A DNA stretch of 64,000 bases from a virus. Every line of letters starts with the position of its first letter. Positions within the stretch are counted from its first letter, which is position 1. The stretch is taken from IMG/VR virus record IMGVR_UViG_3300043446_003110, one strand, 5' to 3'. Under the pieces are notes generated by a model, which had not been told where the DNA came from, did not search any database, and saw only the letters and a program-made list of their open reading frames with translations. A program made the translations under genes and the position numbers. Positions 47,101 to 57,300 of this stretch are shown piece by piece.

Positions 47101-47532
47101 GGCTTTAATAAATCCTTTTTGATATAAATCAAATTTATTTTGAAAGATTTTTAATTGAGTAAATGCAATTCCACCACCTTCACTACCGGTAGTTCCACTT
47201 GGAGTCCAAAAAATATTATTTTCTTCTTGCCCATCGCTTGTAGTATCCAAATATCTTTTTCCATCTTTATCGAATCTTTGCATATGAACAACCGCACTAT
47301 CTCCAAGTAAAATATTTTGAAGATTACCAATGCTAGTTCCAAAAAATTCTTGAATATCTGGATGCCATTGCCATTGCGCATTTGGGGTGCGCGCTTTTGT
47401 TTTACCAAAATTTACTAAACTATTTCTAGTATATGAAGCTAATCCAATATCATGAAGTTTTGTGTCAGATGGAACATAATAATAGTAATTTTTTACAGAA
47501 AATCCAGATCTAGAGTCAAAAAACTTTGTCAT
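44116..47532 (-). CDS. Large putative tail/virion protein (1138 aa)
   Basis: Beta-rich, Gly-rich; INKPGTGY..GGISQLSI..GPGY..GTGAEI repeat-like unit typical of phage fibres/baseplate. Confidence 0.6.
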   Translation of the reverse strand: MTKFFDSRSGFSVKNYYYYVPSDTKLHDIGLASYTRNSLVNFGKTKARTPNAQWQWHPDIQEFFGTSIGNLQNILLGDSAVVHMQRFDKDGKRYLDTTSDGQEENNIFWTPSGTTGSEGGGIAFTQLKIFQNKFDLYQKGFIKADSTLLTEKLDAYNVKYIWSKIINSREGCLTFSAAGYNVLGLAASGDIKIFFQSKSDGSDRSVALQPPVIAGVARTATGKEHAFAISETLPIGAFSAPDVGGIKNPNNTVAGPLKVSFNRGTGEWESGTTQVYCRLLDDIAGVSLDDLPENVDLVDNESLKIPTASGWGMLLQTEKGNPHLLAPVSFGCATSSKERILLINRSTRAFTKGEIVIASQINGDYVPIPLANGVSVAKKLTIEWSQIQKYIVNAKGFFRNDSDTSFIEPQDYIAAVRAKFYDSLTSATYAPLVSGLQYNIIPRLREWNLVTMDDADYSLNTNGSVQDPSSSEVNDAVTIANRNKSILPNFFNYHTFYDADMLPKDIGGNNSSPTKLKNTVIKRTTPYSDTMGVAAEDVPTSWGMYFPDGYSSLSVRRTKSTRSVSQVASSNGRVVYQGGTLNFTPYTNLVGTTFNLKDSYFYHLPAQIALNSSGNQSIDPVFMMSAYYGNTCDSYVQYLHQQIKGYYLNNSSNKPAYGLTPINSTFVQFTPLSLELALSTTQIDNFGLGAQTALNEGYSDLKLALQRAGTYGGDYFGGAWSRIGINNAVNLEPDGSVRAKLSFANKLINYAIQNPTAAINIGPPARGDKPDGGPEMIPMVNAVESSNVIGILAAKGTFPMTKGGIVEFKTNQYLGLLTYTTYTISQTNISISPILGFAQDLSGRSMGVEHIKWGGSLGAEQVKELGTTALWCAVYDHSPNTIYDGRFFAPLQFNPSGAEMDFEEVFLQTGTILTSGSPKFDTIKNKVRRNMLLSDGGFAYAQKYIGLDTTSIKINKPGTGYADFDKVKVNIGGKPAHLVVTGLTNNGGISQLSIDEELLKSIDVGPGYIYGETANNGTVNPFKYGPTANATIQSVNGTGAEIVFTRGKVYERLKVDKSQFYGIKKLTHEDNNGEGNSKGFITGTKTTTFTLEPNSTGKYDVFFFFVSDIANYPEGGVIFGEGSDVPAARYVELEITST

Positions 47533-47540
47533 ATATTATC

Positions 47541-50500
47541 CTATTCAAAGAATTGAAGTCTTGTTTGATCATGATTAACATTTAATACATTTGGCATATA
47601 TGGATTGTATTCTTTAGAGAATGGGCTGAATAATTCATTAATTGATGCACCACCAGATTTATAGGAACGTTCATTGTACAATACATTTCCTTTGTCTCCT
47701 GTCATCATATTCATTGTATTTATGATTTCAGATTCAGATGTAAGACCTCCAGCAAAATTATAGTCAGTAATATTTTCTTCTGATGTGCTAGAACCAAGAA
47801 TTGGTGAATAAGATTTAGTTTCGTATTGATTAACTGATAAAGCAATATAATTATTTGGTGTAGAAGACATTGGTGTACCATTATTGGCAAATAAATTAAA
47901 ACTTCCTATATTATTTACTGCCTGAGATTTTCCAAGACCCTTTCTAATCAAAGAATTTCTTTCGTCGCGTAATTTTTGTCTTTCTCTACTTATCTTAGAA
48001 ATCATATCTTGTTTCTGTTTTTGTAATTTGCCAAAACTAGATGTATACAAATCTAATTTATATGTAGTTCTTAAACCGTTTTCAGACACATCCACGCTTA
48101 TGTTTGTTACTAATGGCCCACCGACCTCTAGAGCTTGACAAAGTGACCTGTCAGGTATTCCGGGAAAAGAAAATCCACCACGCTCAGAAAATAAAAATAG
48201 GCTATTAGCAAATTGAGCTTGCAATACTCCAGCTTGATTTAGAAGTTCATAACCACCATAATTCCACGGAGCGAGATTTTCATCTTTTATGAATTCTACC
48301 CTACCACCAACATTTGTGTATGCGTTGCTTTGGGGATCGACTTGAGAAGATATCCATGGACCATAACATCTTTCGTTAGATATCAAAGGTAATACTACTA
48401 GATTAGGATATACTGGAGATGGAGCGGCCATATTGATTTGATATGGTAAAGCAAATTGCAATTGCCTTTTGGCTTGCTTTGCAGCCATCCAAGCTTTACT
48501 GTTAACTTCTGCCGGAAATGCTGTAATTGGTGGAGATTTAGGAGTGCCATCTGGTCCTCCTCGCGGTACAGAATTGAATTCTGGCAATCCTTTTACAACA
48601 TCAGCAGTAATATAGTGTTTAATTGTTTTAGTATCAAATTGTTGATTAACAGAATCTAAAAATCTAGAGTCTTTAGTTGGTATTAGTCTTTCTGGCAGAG
48701 TAATTAATGCATAAACATAATTAGTATCTAAATCTTTTAATCCAGTTTTAATTAGATCCCCACCAAGCTCTGGAACATATTCAGTAAGAAAATCTAATCT
48801 ATTGACACTACGCTGTGTTGTGGTCGTTGGATAATAAGACGCTTCAAGGAATCTAAAGCTATCAACATAACATCCGGTTCCCGGCTCTAAATCTGTTCTG
48901 GATGATCTATTTGATCCCGCTTTCCAACCAGAACAAGGTATAAATATTTTGCGAGGTTTAGAAGTTTTTGTTCTATACTTAGGCTGTTCACCATAAATAG
49001 ATAAACTAATACCACTAGTTTTTGGTGGCATATAGAAATTTTCATCTACAGTACATTTAACAAAAAGGCACTGTCTAGGAAGCGGTGTATTATCTCTATT
49101 TACAGCATTTGCATCATTGAATGAGTCATCATCATCAGAAGTATTATCCAAAAATTCACATAAATCTGGTATCATGCCTTGAGCAGTTATCAACTGTTGA
49201 GTAAAATCTTCTGGAGACATGGATCCAACATGTAAATATTCACTATTATCAAATCTGACATATGCAGATAATCTTCCATCTTTATCTATAAAATTGGTAG
49301 CATCTTGTGGAGCAAGTTGTTGTAAAACAGCTAGCGGTTTTGCTGATGAGGAAAGTGCATTAATTTGATCAAAAGTTAATGTATTAGTATATAAATCAAA
49401 TGGAAAATATCCACCAAGATTAGTTGGCGTATAATTAAATTCATATTTATCAGACATAGGATTAAAATTTACTCTCAATCCGCCAACGTATTTATCTTGA
49501 TTTGGATCATGCTCGTGAGATAAAAAACTTTCCATAGCATTTTTGGATGCGGGTCTATCTCGGGATACGCTTTGTATAAAAGTGCTACTAAATTCTTCTG
49601 ATATGCCGGACGTAACCGGTCTTGGTCTAAAACCAAATGGTCCAGCTGTATATTCATCACTGTTATTTTTTACTATATCTTTTGCATAAAATAGGTTTAC
49701 TTTGTTTGGTATTCTTACTAAAAATTTTTTACCAAGATTTTCATCAGCAATTTTTTTTAAAAAATTATATACTTTTAATGCATTTTCTGTTCCTTTTTTA
49801 GCCAAGCGTGGTAATATAGCTCCAATTTGATGTAAATTTTCTTCTACATTATTAAGTAATTCTATATCTGGTGGAGTACTATTTAATGCCCCCGATATAG
49901 CAGTATAATAAATTTGTTCCGCTGGTGTTAATTCACCATAATTTATTTCTTCAAGTTGTGAAAGTTGTGAGTTTTTTATATCATCCCAAGAGTTAGCATC
50001 AGCACCGCGAATAGCAGCACCACCAGTAATAAGTCCAGTTATTCTAGATTGTAATTTAGTTAATCCGCCCTCTGGTATCCCTAATTTTGTCATACGCTTA
50101 TAATATAGGGGATATCCATATGGAGGATTACATGGGCTAGATGGTAATTCATCTGGACCAAATAGTGAACCACTACCGGGATATGAGCGAAAAACAGATC
50201 TCGGTACAGTAACAACATATTTATCAGATATTGCTCCCGGAACTCCACCAAAATTCATCGTTTGGCTTAATGCTGCTGATTGTTGACTATCATCTTCCTC
50301 TATAGATTCTAAATATATATCATTATATTGTGCTAAGAAATTTTTCCAACATTCATATGATATAGAAGCAGACCTCAATTCCATTTCTGTCGCAACATAG
50401 TAAGACCCAACACCTTTAGCGTTTAATCCTGTGGTATCTAATAGAATTTGTTGATATGCTCCCCAACCTTTTGGTATTGTCACAGCATTTTGTCCTAATT

Positions 50501-52202
50501 GACCGTAATATGGCAATACTTGTTGTGTTAATTGTTTTTCCAGAGTCCATTGTCGCCAACTACCATCGGTAGCTGGTTCGCCAGTTCTATTGCCTTTTAC
50601 TTCTATAAAATCTCTGTCAGCATTAGTAGAAAAACAATACATATCTACTTCTTGTGCGCCAACAACAAATTTATCCGTTACTAAATTAGATAATTCGTAA
50701 CCGACATCTTGATTTTCAACATATATTCCCCCGCTAGCTGCTAATCTGTCTATATATCTTTTAATTGAACCATATGATGGGGGCGTAGATCTATCTATAG
50801 CATCAAGTCTTATTATGCCAGCGATAAATTTTGTGGGATCAGATAGATTTGTACCATTTTGAGAATATATTTGACTACAAGCTGGATGATTGATTACTGG
50901 CAACAAAGAAACATACAAATCTCTACTAGTAATCTCACAAATTTCTAAAGCAAGATCCAAGAGATTGATTTGATCAAAATCCAAAAAATACAAAGCTGGC
51001 AAAGTTGGCAAGCCAGAAAAATCAATTACATAATTATAGCCACGAAAATTGATAGTGCCACCATATGATTTATTTATATATTCTTGTGGTAACGGTGCGT
51101 CAACAGATAATAAAGCTCTCATAGCTTGGGCGACTCTGTAATACGGAATCCCTTGTGGACTTCTTCTAGACATTCCTGTTCCCGTAAATGGAAAAAATTT
51201 AGCTGGAGATCCAAACATTCCAGAAGCACTTCCCACCCAACAATCTACAGGACTAGTAGAACTAATAGAGCCACTATAAGTGACAGCGCCGGTGGCGTTA
51301 TCTACATATTTTTGGAGCATATTAAATGGACCAAATGTAGAATTAAGAATACCAGAAGTTGTTGTGCTAAAATTGTGTTCTAAAAATCCATAAACATTAA
51401 AAATATTTTTAGTACCAAATGAGCTTCCAGCGTAATTATTCAATATAAGAACAACGTTAGATAATATCTCGCGAGGATCTACAACTTGAACAGAATATGT
51501 GGGATTTCCGGCTGGTCCTCGATTTTGTATATATGATTGTAAAATTCCACCAAATACTATATGCCCAGATCCACGGCCAGCATCTCTATAATAGCTACTA
51601 AAATCAAGTATACTGCTTGCAGCCAAATTAACGTAATTATACGGATTTAAAGAAGTAAAATTGTTCTTATCAAATGATCCAATATTAGTTATATTAACTG
51701 AAGTCAATGTATTGATTCGATAAAGACTGTCAAATGTAGCTCTATACGCTTCTTCAACTGTTGCAAAATTTTGACCAAATTTAAAAAATACAGGACTACC
51801 AGCAATTGGTGGGACAAAACCATCTCCATTTCCACTATGATAAACGTCATCACCCGCTCCTTGAGCGGTATTATCAGATTTATTGTATTCATCAACTACT
51901 AAATCAATAGATAATGTAGAACTAGAATCGCCAAAACCACCATTCATACTAAAATTACGTATAGAAGCACCTAAAAATGTTTGTTGTGGATATCCTCTAT
52001 CGTATGTTTTTGGAGTAGTAGGATCCAAACCCCATCCGCCAGTAGAAATACCTTGCGGTATAACACTTCCGCTTTGTACTGGCCAGCTAGTGCCATAATA
52101 ACCACTTGGTTGTCTTATAGATAATCCGTTAATTCCATTATAAACAGATGGAGTTAGATTGGGATTGCCATAGATACCGGATGTTAATTGTGTTCTATGC
52201 AT
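47541..52202 (-). CDS. Large tail-tip/baseplate hub-like protein (about 1550 aa)
   Basis: FGGILQSY..YSVQVVDPREIL, LLDLALEICE, VTNISVDVSENGLRTTYKL resemble gp27/Tal-type hub elements; start ATG52202. Confidence 0.5.
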   Translation of the reverse strand: MHRTQLTSGIYGNPNLTPSVYNGINGLSIRQPSGYYGTSWPVQSGSVIPQGISTGGWGLDPTTPKTYDRGYPQQTFLGASIRNFSMNGGFGDSSSTLSIDLVVDEYNKSDNTAQGAGDDVYHSGNGDGFVPPIAGSPVFFKFGQNFATVEEAYRATFDSLYRINTLTSVNITNIGSFDKNNFTSLNPYNYVNLAASSILDFSSYYRDAGRGSGHIVFGGILQSYIQNRGPAGNPTYSVQVVDPREILSNVVLILNNYAGSSFGTKNIFNVYGFLEHNFSTTTSGILNSTFGPFNMLQKYVDNATGAVTYSGSISSTSPVDCWVGSASGMFGSPAKFFPFTGTGMSRRSPQGIPYYRVAQAMRALLSVDAPLPQEYINKSYGGTINFRGYNYVIDFSGLPTLPALYFLDFDQINLLDLALEICEITSRDLYVSLLPVINHPACSQIYSQNGTNLSDPTKFIAGIIRLDAIDRSTPPSYGSIKRYIDRLAASGGIYVENQDVGYELSNLVTDKFVVGAQEVDMYCFSTNADRDFIEVKGNRTGEPATDGSWRQWTLEKQLTQQVLPYYGQLGQNAVTIPKGWGAYQQILLDTTGLNAKGVGSYYVATEMELRSASISYECWKNFLAQYNDIYLESIEEDDSQQSAALSQTMNFGGVPGAISDKYVVTVPRSVFRSYPGSGSLFGPDELPSSPCNPPYGYPLYYKRMTKLGIPEGGLTKLQSRITGLITGGAAIRGADANSWDDIKNSQLSQLEEINYGELTPAEQIYYTAISGALNSTPPDIELLNNVEENLHQIGAILPRLAKKGTENALKVYNFLKKIADENLGKKFLVRIPNKVNLFYAKDIVKNNSDEYTAGPFGFRPRPVTSGISEEFSSTFIQSVSRDRPASKNAMESFLSHEHDPNQDKYVGGLRVNFNPMSDKYEFNYTPTNLGGYFPFDLYTNTLTFDQINALSSSAKPLAVLQQLAPQDATNFIDKDGRLSAYVRFDNSEYLHVGSMSPEDFTQQLITAQGMIPDLCEFLDNTSDDDDSFNDANAVNRDNTPLPRQCLFVKCTVDENFYMPPKTSGISLSIYGEQPKYRTKTSKPRKIFIPCSGWKAGSNRSSRTDLEPGTGCYVDSFRFLEASYYPTTTTQRSVNRLDFLTEYVPELGGDLIKTGLKDLDTNYVYALITLPERLIPTKDSRFLDSVNQQFDTKTIKHYITADVVKGLPEFNSVPRGGPDGTPKSPPITAFPAEVNSKAWMAAKQAKRQLQFALPYQINMAAPSPVYPNLVVLPLISNERCYGPWISSQVDPQSNAYTNVGGRVEFIKDENLAPWNYGGYELLNQAGVLQAQFANSLFLFSERGGFSFPGIPDRSLCQALEVGGPLVTNISVDVSENGLRTTYKLDLYTSSFGKLQKQKQDMISKISRERQKLRDERNSLIRKGLGKSQAVNNIGSFNLFANNGTPMSSTPNNYIALSVNQYETKSYSPILGSSTSEENITDYNFAGGLTSESEIINTMNMMTGDKGNVLYNERSYKSGGASINELFSPFSKEYNPYMPNVLNVNHDQTRLQFFE

Positions 52203-52206
52203 ATTA

Positions 52207-52545
52207 CTACCTATATTGCCTACTATATATTTCAAATCTAAAGTTGGCTTTTATTAAATTTGGAAAAACATTGTACCTAAAACCTTGTGAATGATGTATA
52301 TATTGATTGTAGGCTGTAAAATCAGTTATACCATTTACTCGCGAAGCGTAACCATTGGATATGCCAGTTCCTTGATCAAAAACAAGATTTGTTGGAGATA
52401 ATGCGCTACGATTACTAGCATTTGGCGTATATGTTAAACCATATGTCAAGCCAGAAACATTATCCGTAATTGGTTTAGATATTGCTCTGCTATTAGATGG
52501 TAAAAATTCAGATGGATTGTTATTTGTTTCTGCATTTGTTGGCAT
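52207..52545 (-). CDS. Hypothetical protein in structural block
   Basis: 112 aa, tightly packed between structural genes. Confidence 0.6.
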   Translation of the reverse strand: MPTNAETNNNPSEFLPSNSRAISKPITDNVSGLTYGLTYTPNASNRSALSPTNLVFDQGTGISNGYASRVNGITDFTAYNQYIHHSQGFRYNVFPNLIKANFRFEIYSRQYR

Positions 52546-52547
52546 GA

Positions 52548-54374
52548 TTATCTATTAATCTCGTATGTCCAATTAATTTGTAAAGAATATCTACCACTAT
52601 TTGGATCCCAACTTTCCTGCGGTGGACTAATAAAATATTTTCTAATTCCGGCCTCTTGGATTGGACTATATGCGTGAATTATAGAATTAATTTGACTTTT
52701 AAATGGCTCATTAAGACTCGGCTTAGATAAAACAGATCTGTTTCTTATTCTACTCGTCAGTGTTCCACCTGTACCTTCTGAGTAATATCTATCCATTACT
52801 AAATCTATATTTAAACTTCGTTGATATTCCGTTCTGCCACCAATATATTGTAATACTGGTCCAGTTTGTCTACCTAATACTGGTATTACAGCAAATACGT
52901 CGCCGGGATATGTATCACTGCACGTTATACTTTCTGAAAGCGCGCCGCTCACAATATTCTGTATTCTAGTATCATATTCTATATCATAAGTAATTTCACC
53001 AGTAAATTCGTTAGATGCTAAAGATATCGACAGTGGAATATAATTTAATGATAAATGCGTTAAAGATTGTGCGCGACGGAATAAATAGCAATTTGGACCA
53101 TATACCCCAGTATTGCTTATCTGATGCCATTTATATAAAGCATTTTGATATGATGTGTTTAGTGGGGCAAATCCATATTGAGTAGCAGTACTAGTATTAG
53201 ATCCTCCATATTGAGTAGAACCAGCGTGAACACTAGACAATCCTTTGATAGTACCATTTATATTTACTTTATGTATTGCGGTATCAGCACTCTTAGAAAC
53301 AGAAGTATTATAATTTTCATAAGAATTACCACTAGACAATAGCCATGTATCATTTAACGTAACTGTGCCAGCTGTAGTATCAATAGATTCTGTACGAAGA
53401 TGATTATATCCACCCCATATATCTTTTGCGATATTTAAAAATCCACTACCAAAATATGGTCCTAAACTATGTTCTGGAAATTGTTCATATCCAGTTGAGT
53501 TATTTGTTGAGGTATTATCTGTGTCTTTAAGTATATAGTTGTAAATATAACTTTTTGCTTGTTGCCACGCCTCTTTGCGCTTTATATCGGATGCAGTTCC
53601 ATAATACATAGTCCTACCTGTCGCACTAATGCTGCGCGTGAGTCTATATGTACGTCTAGAAGAAATATGATTGTCATCTAAATAAGTAGGATTTGCTACT
53701 GAAGTATTTGTGGTTCCATTTCCTTCGTCTACTTCTAAAGACCAATTTTCACTAAAGTCTTCTACGAAACCGCTAGCACTTAATGCCGTGGTCAAAGAAA
53801 TTCTATTTTCATTTCTGATTGGAGTGCCAGCCGCATCTACGGGTCGAGAAGTAGAATTTGTAAGTCCGTCAGAAATTATATTGTTAGAGTTGTCTAATAA
53901 AACTTCTGCGCGTAGATTGATTGTGTATTTACAATTAGTAACATATGGCCCCTCTTCAAAACTGATAGATTCAACAATAGGATAGAATTTCAATACGGGA
54001 TTATCTGACATAATAGAATCAGAAGCATTAGAAGCACTGGCTGGTAATAATTCTATTAATTGCCCATCTTTTTTGAAAACTTCTCTGATCAAATTTTGTT
54101 TGTGTATTATAGACCCCATAGCATTGTCTACATGCACACTTTCTTTAGGCGGTCTTTCGTAATCAGTTTTAAAACTTCCTGCGGGACTCGTAGGTGTATA
54201 TCCACCTTGTGTATAAAATGGGCTACCTTCATCTGGCAATATAGTACCATTTAAAACAATACTATAATAACTACCAAGCATACCAGATTTATTTCTGATA
54301 GCATTCTGTGTAATAGAAATAAATGGAGCTGGGCGAAGAACTAATGCGGTTCCATTATAATATATAGCTAGCAT
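52548..54374 (-). CDS. Putative tail/baseplate structural protein (608 aa)
   Basis: Repeated beta-hairpin units (ESISFEEG..YTINL; ESIDTTAGTVTLNDTW; SNEFTGEITYDIEY; ESWDPNSGRYSLQINWTY). Confidence 0.55.
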   Translation of the reverse strand: MLAIYYNGTALVLRPAPFISITQNAIRNKSGMLGSYYSIVLNGTILPDEGSPFYTQGGYTPTSPAGSFKTDYERPPKESVHVDNAMGSIIHKQNLIREVFKKDGQLIELLPASASNASDSIMSDNPVLKFYPIVESISFEEGPYVTNCKYTINLRAEVLLDNSNNIISDGLTNSTSRPVDAAGTPIRNENRISLTTALSASGFVEDFSENWSLEVDEGNGTTNTSVANPTYLDDNHISSRRTYRLTRSISATGRTMYYGTASDIKRKEAWQQAKSYIYNYILKDTDNTSTNNSTGYEQFPEHSLGPYFGSGFLNIAKDIWGGYNHLRTESIDTTAGTVTLNDTWLLSSGNSYENYNTSVSKSADTAIHKVNINGTIKGLSSVHAGSTQYGGSNTSTATQYGFAPLNTSYQNALYKWHQISNTGVYGPNCYLFRRAQSLTHLSLNYIPLSISLASNEFTGEITYDIEYDTRIQNIVSGALSESITCSDTYPGDVFAVIPVLGRQTGPVLQYIGGRTEYQRSLNIDLVMDRYYSEGTGGTLTSRIRNRSVLSKPSLNEPFKSQINSIIHAYSPIQEAGIRKYFISPPQESWDPNSGRYSLQINWTYEINR

Positions 54375-57300
54375 TATTTACCTCTTACACTTAAGTTAAG
54401 AACGTCGATTAGACTTCCTATCCCGCTAGAATATAAATTCAAATACTCTATAGAAGATCCAGATGCACATTCTGCGAATAAATTCAATCCAGATGGAGAT
54501 GCAGAAATATCACCGGATTTTACATAATTGTACAGTCCTAATGTATTATACACATATGCAGAATTTTCCACATCTATAATTAATGGTAATTGTGAACTTG
54601 GTGGTATATGGCCACAATCCACACGTAAAGAAAGAGAATCATCAACCAATTTTCCATATTGATAATGCCCATAAACAGATTCAATATATGGCCTATGTGA
54701 TATAAAGCCTTTTGGGGCAAAATCTTGTCCAGAAACTTCTATAAATATTTCGCCTTTTGACGTAGTTACTACAATTCCACTATTATAATATTTAACATTA
54801 TTACCTATATTAGAAAATTGTAGAGGAACTGTGGGATTATTATTAACATCTCTATATCCAAATACTTTTGCGGATATCCAAGCCCCAGTGCTTGGCAAAG
54901 AAGGCTTTTGTGATTTTAGCATGATGTCTTTTGCGTATGCAACACCAACATTTGTAACAGTCCCAGATGCAAAATTACATCCAGCAAATATACAATAATC
55001 TGCATCACTTCTGTATGGCTTAGTTGGCCTAGTCAAATAAACAGTTCTGCCAAATCTTTCTCCACTGGGTTGATCATGCAATGATACCACTTTTTCAACT
55101 AACTTCCAAGATTGTTGTTTATTTTCCCAATCTGAAATTTTATTTTCGTATAGATATATTGCACCCATATTGTGTTGATATGCGTCATTAATAGATAAAG
55201 AATCTCTAATGCCAGAATATCCTAAATCATATATATTTCTTTTTGGTATATCAAATTGAGGATTGAAATTTTTTCTGGCAAATGATCCTTGTGAATATAT
55301 ATTTTCATAATAACTATTATAACTATGGTTTGGAGCGCCAACAATGATGGTATCATATTGCATATCTACAGAATGACCAAATTGATCAGAATATGTATTT
55401 ATTCCGCTGAGTTGTCCTTTGAGTGATGATGGTTTTAATTTAGATGTTGCTAACCATTTGTTATTTATTGATTTATCAAACATGTATACAGCACCAGCAC
55501 CCCCATCATTTCCTAAACTAAGAGGAATGCCGCTATACCAAGGTGATAATGAATCTTCAGTAAATGCCGAGAATGGAGATCCAATTAATACTTTTTCACC
55601 GCGCACACATACTGAATATCCAAATAAATCTCCGGGATATCCAGATGGGAATTTGTCAAAATCAAGATAATCATATCCCTTTTCGTGTAATATAAGTGGT
55701 AATCCGCCTCCTATAGAAGCATCGTAATAAGTTTTCCCATCTATTACTCCACTAATTCTAGATGTAGCAGAATATTTGGTTTGACTAACTAAAAACCCGC
55801 TAATAAAAATGTTTTTTATATATGCACGAATTTTATCATCTTGTACATCTTCCCATGGTAATTCTGGTCGCTTAACATTATCAAATAAATATCTAGATTC
55901 ATAGGGATTAATTGCATTTAAGGGCGCATCAGATGAATTTCCAAAATTTTTATTAAGTCCTAATTCTGGAGAATTTAAATGATATTTGCTTGGACTTCCT
56001 CTTTGTGGAGAAATTATTTTATTGTAAACATCAAAGTGTCTACCATATTCTAAAGATGTAAATTCAGTTTCTGGATAAAGACTTCTTAAAAATTCATACG
56101 TATCTTGTGGAAGTCGATTGTCTTCTCCTAAAACATATCTACCTTGTAAAATACTTGAGTCAGTTATAACAGTTATTCTAGATCTGGCATAACCAGCATC
56201 AAATTGAGAAAATGTTTCCATCTGTTGTGCGGCAACAACTGGGCCATCTTCTATCAATTTATGTCCTAAGAATTGGCAACTTTTAGTACAGTATTTAGTA
56301 TTATCAGTACTTATACTTCTAATTACTTTAATAGTCTCTTTGTATTCTGGTTTTGCTTCTGATTCTATATAGTATGATACTCCAACCGGTATTGATTTAT
56401 TATTTGGAACAGCTTTTTGATATATTGGAATTAATGTACCAGATACTCCAATAAGTCTTACGCTCTTTGGCTGTCGGTCATTACTTAATCTTGCTCTTAC
56501 GCATGAAATATAGACACTAATATTATCAGTATCTCCAACCTGTAAATCAGCATAGCATGAACTATCACATTTTATAGTAGGAACGCTAGATCTAATATAT
56601 CTAGATCCATACGGTTGTCTGTCCGTATCTAATTCTACTATATCTCTAAGTATAATATCTGGATATGGAGAATCTGCAAATGCAGATGCATCTTCTACGT
56701 CGGCTGATAAATATTCATATTCATTTGGATTTTGAGAATCTGTAGTAATAAATAGTCTATATCCAGATCCGGGTAAAACTGGAAAGTTAATCTGAACTAT
56801 GCCGGGATTTAATTCCCAATTATTGCTGTTATATTCTCTTGGAATTTCATCGTATAGAGGCTTATCATAATAAATGAGTGGAACCGCACCTTCATTTTTT
56901 TTGAAAGCATACATTCCCATATATGGAGTAGTGCTAATAAAATAGTTCGTAGATTTACTCTTAGAAACATTTATGAAAGAATCTCCACCAACTTGATGAT
57001 CAGTGTTAACCCATAATAAACCAAAAAAGTGTTTGTGATATGAAAAATCATATTTTTGTATCAATTCTAATTGGATCCCTAGCAATGAGCATAAATTTTT
57101 GGCATGATTAATACCATCTATAGTATCTTCGGTAGTAATAACTAATTTTTTGTTTCCAGCTGACAACCAAGTACTTAAATTTCTCAATTGAGACTCTGAT
57201 ATCTCGCCGTTTATGTTTGGTAGCCAAGCAACATTATACTTGTTAAATAGTGTTGATACATTTAAGTCTACATTATTCCATGCATTCAACGCATCTCTCA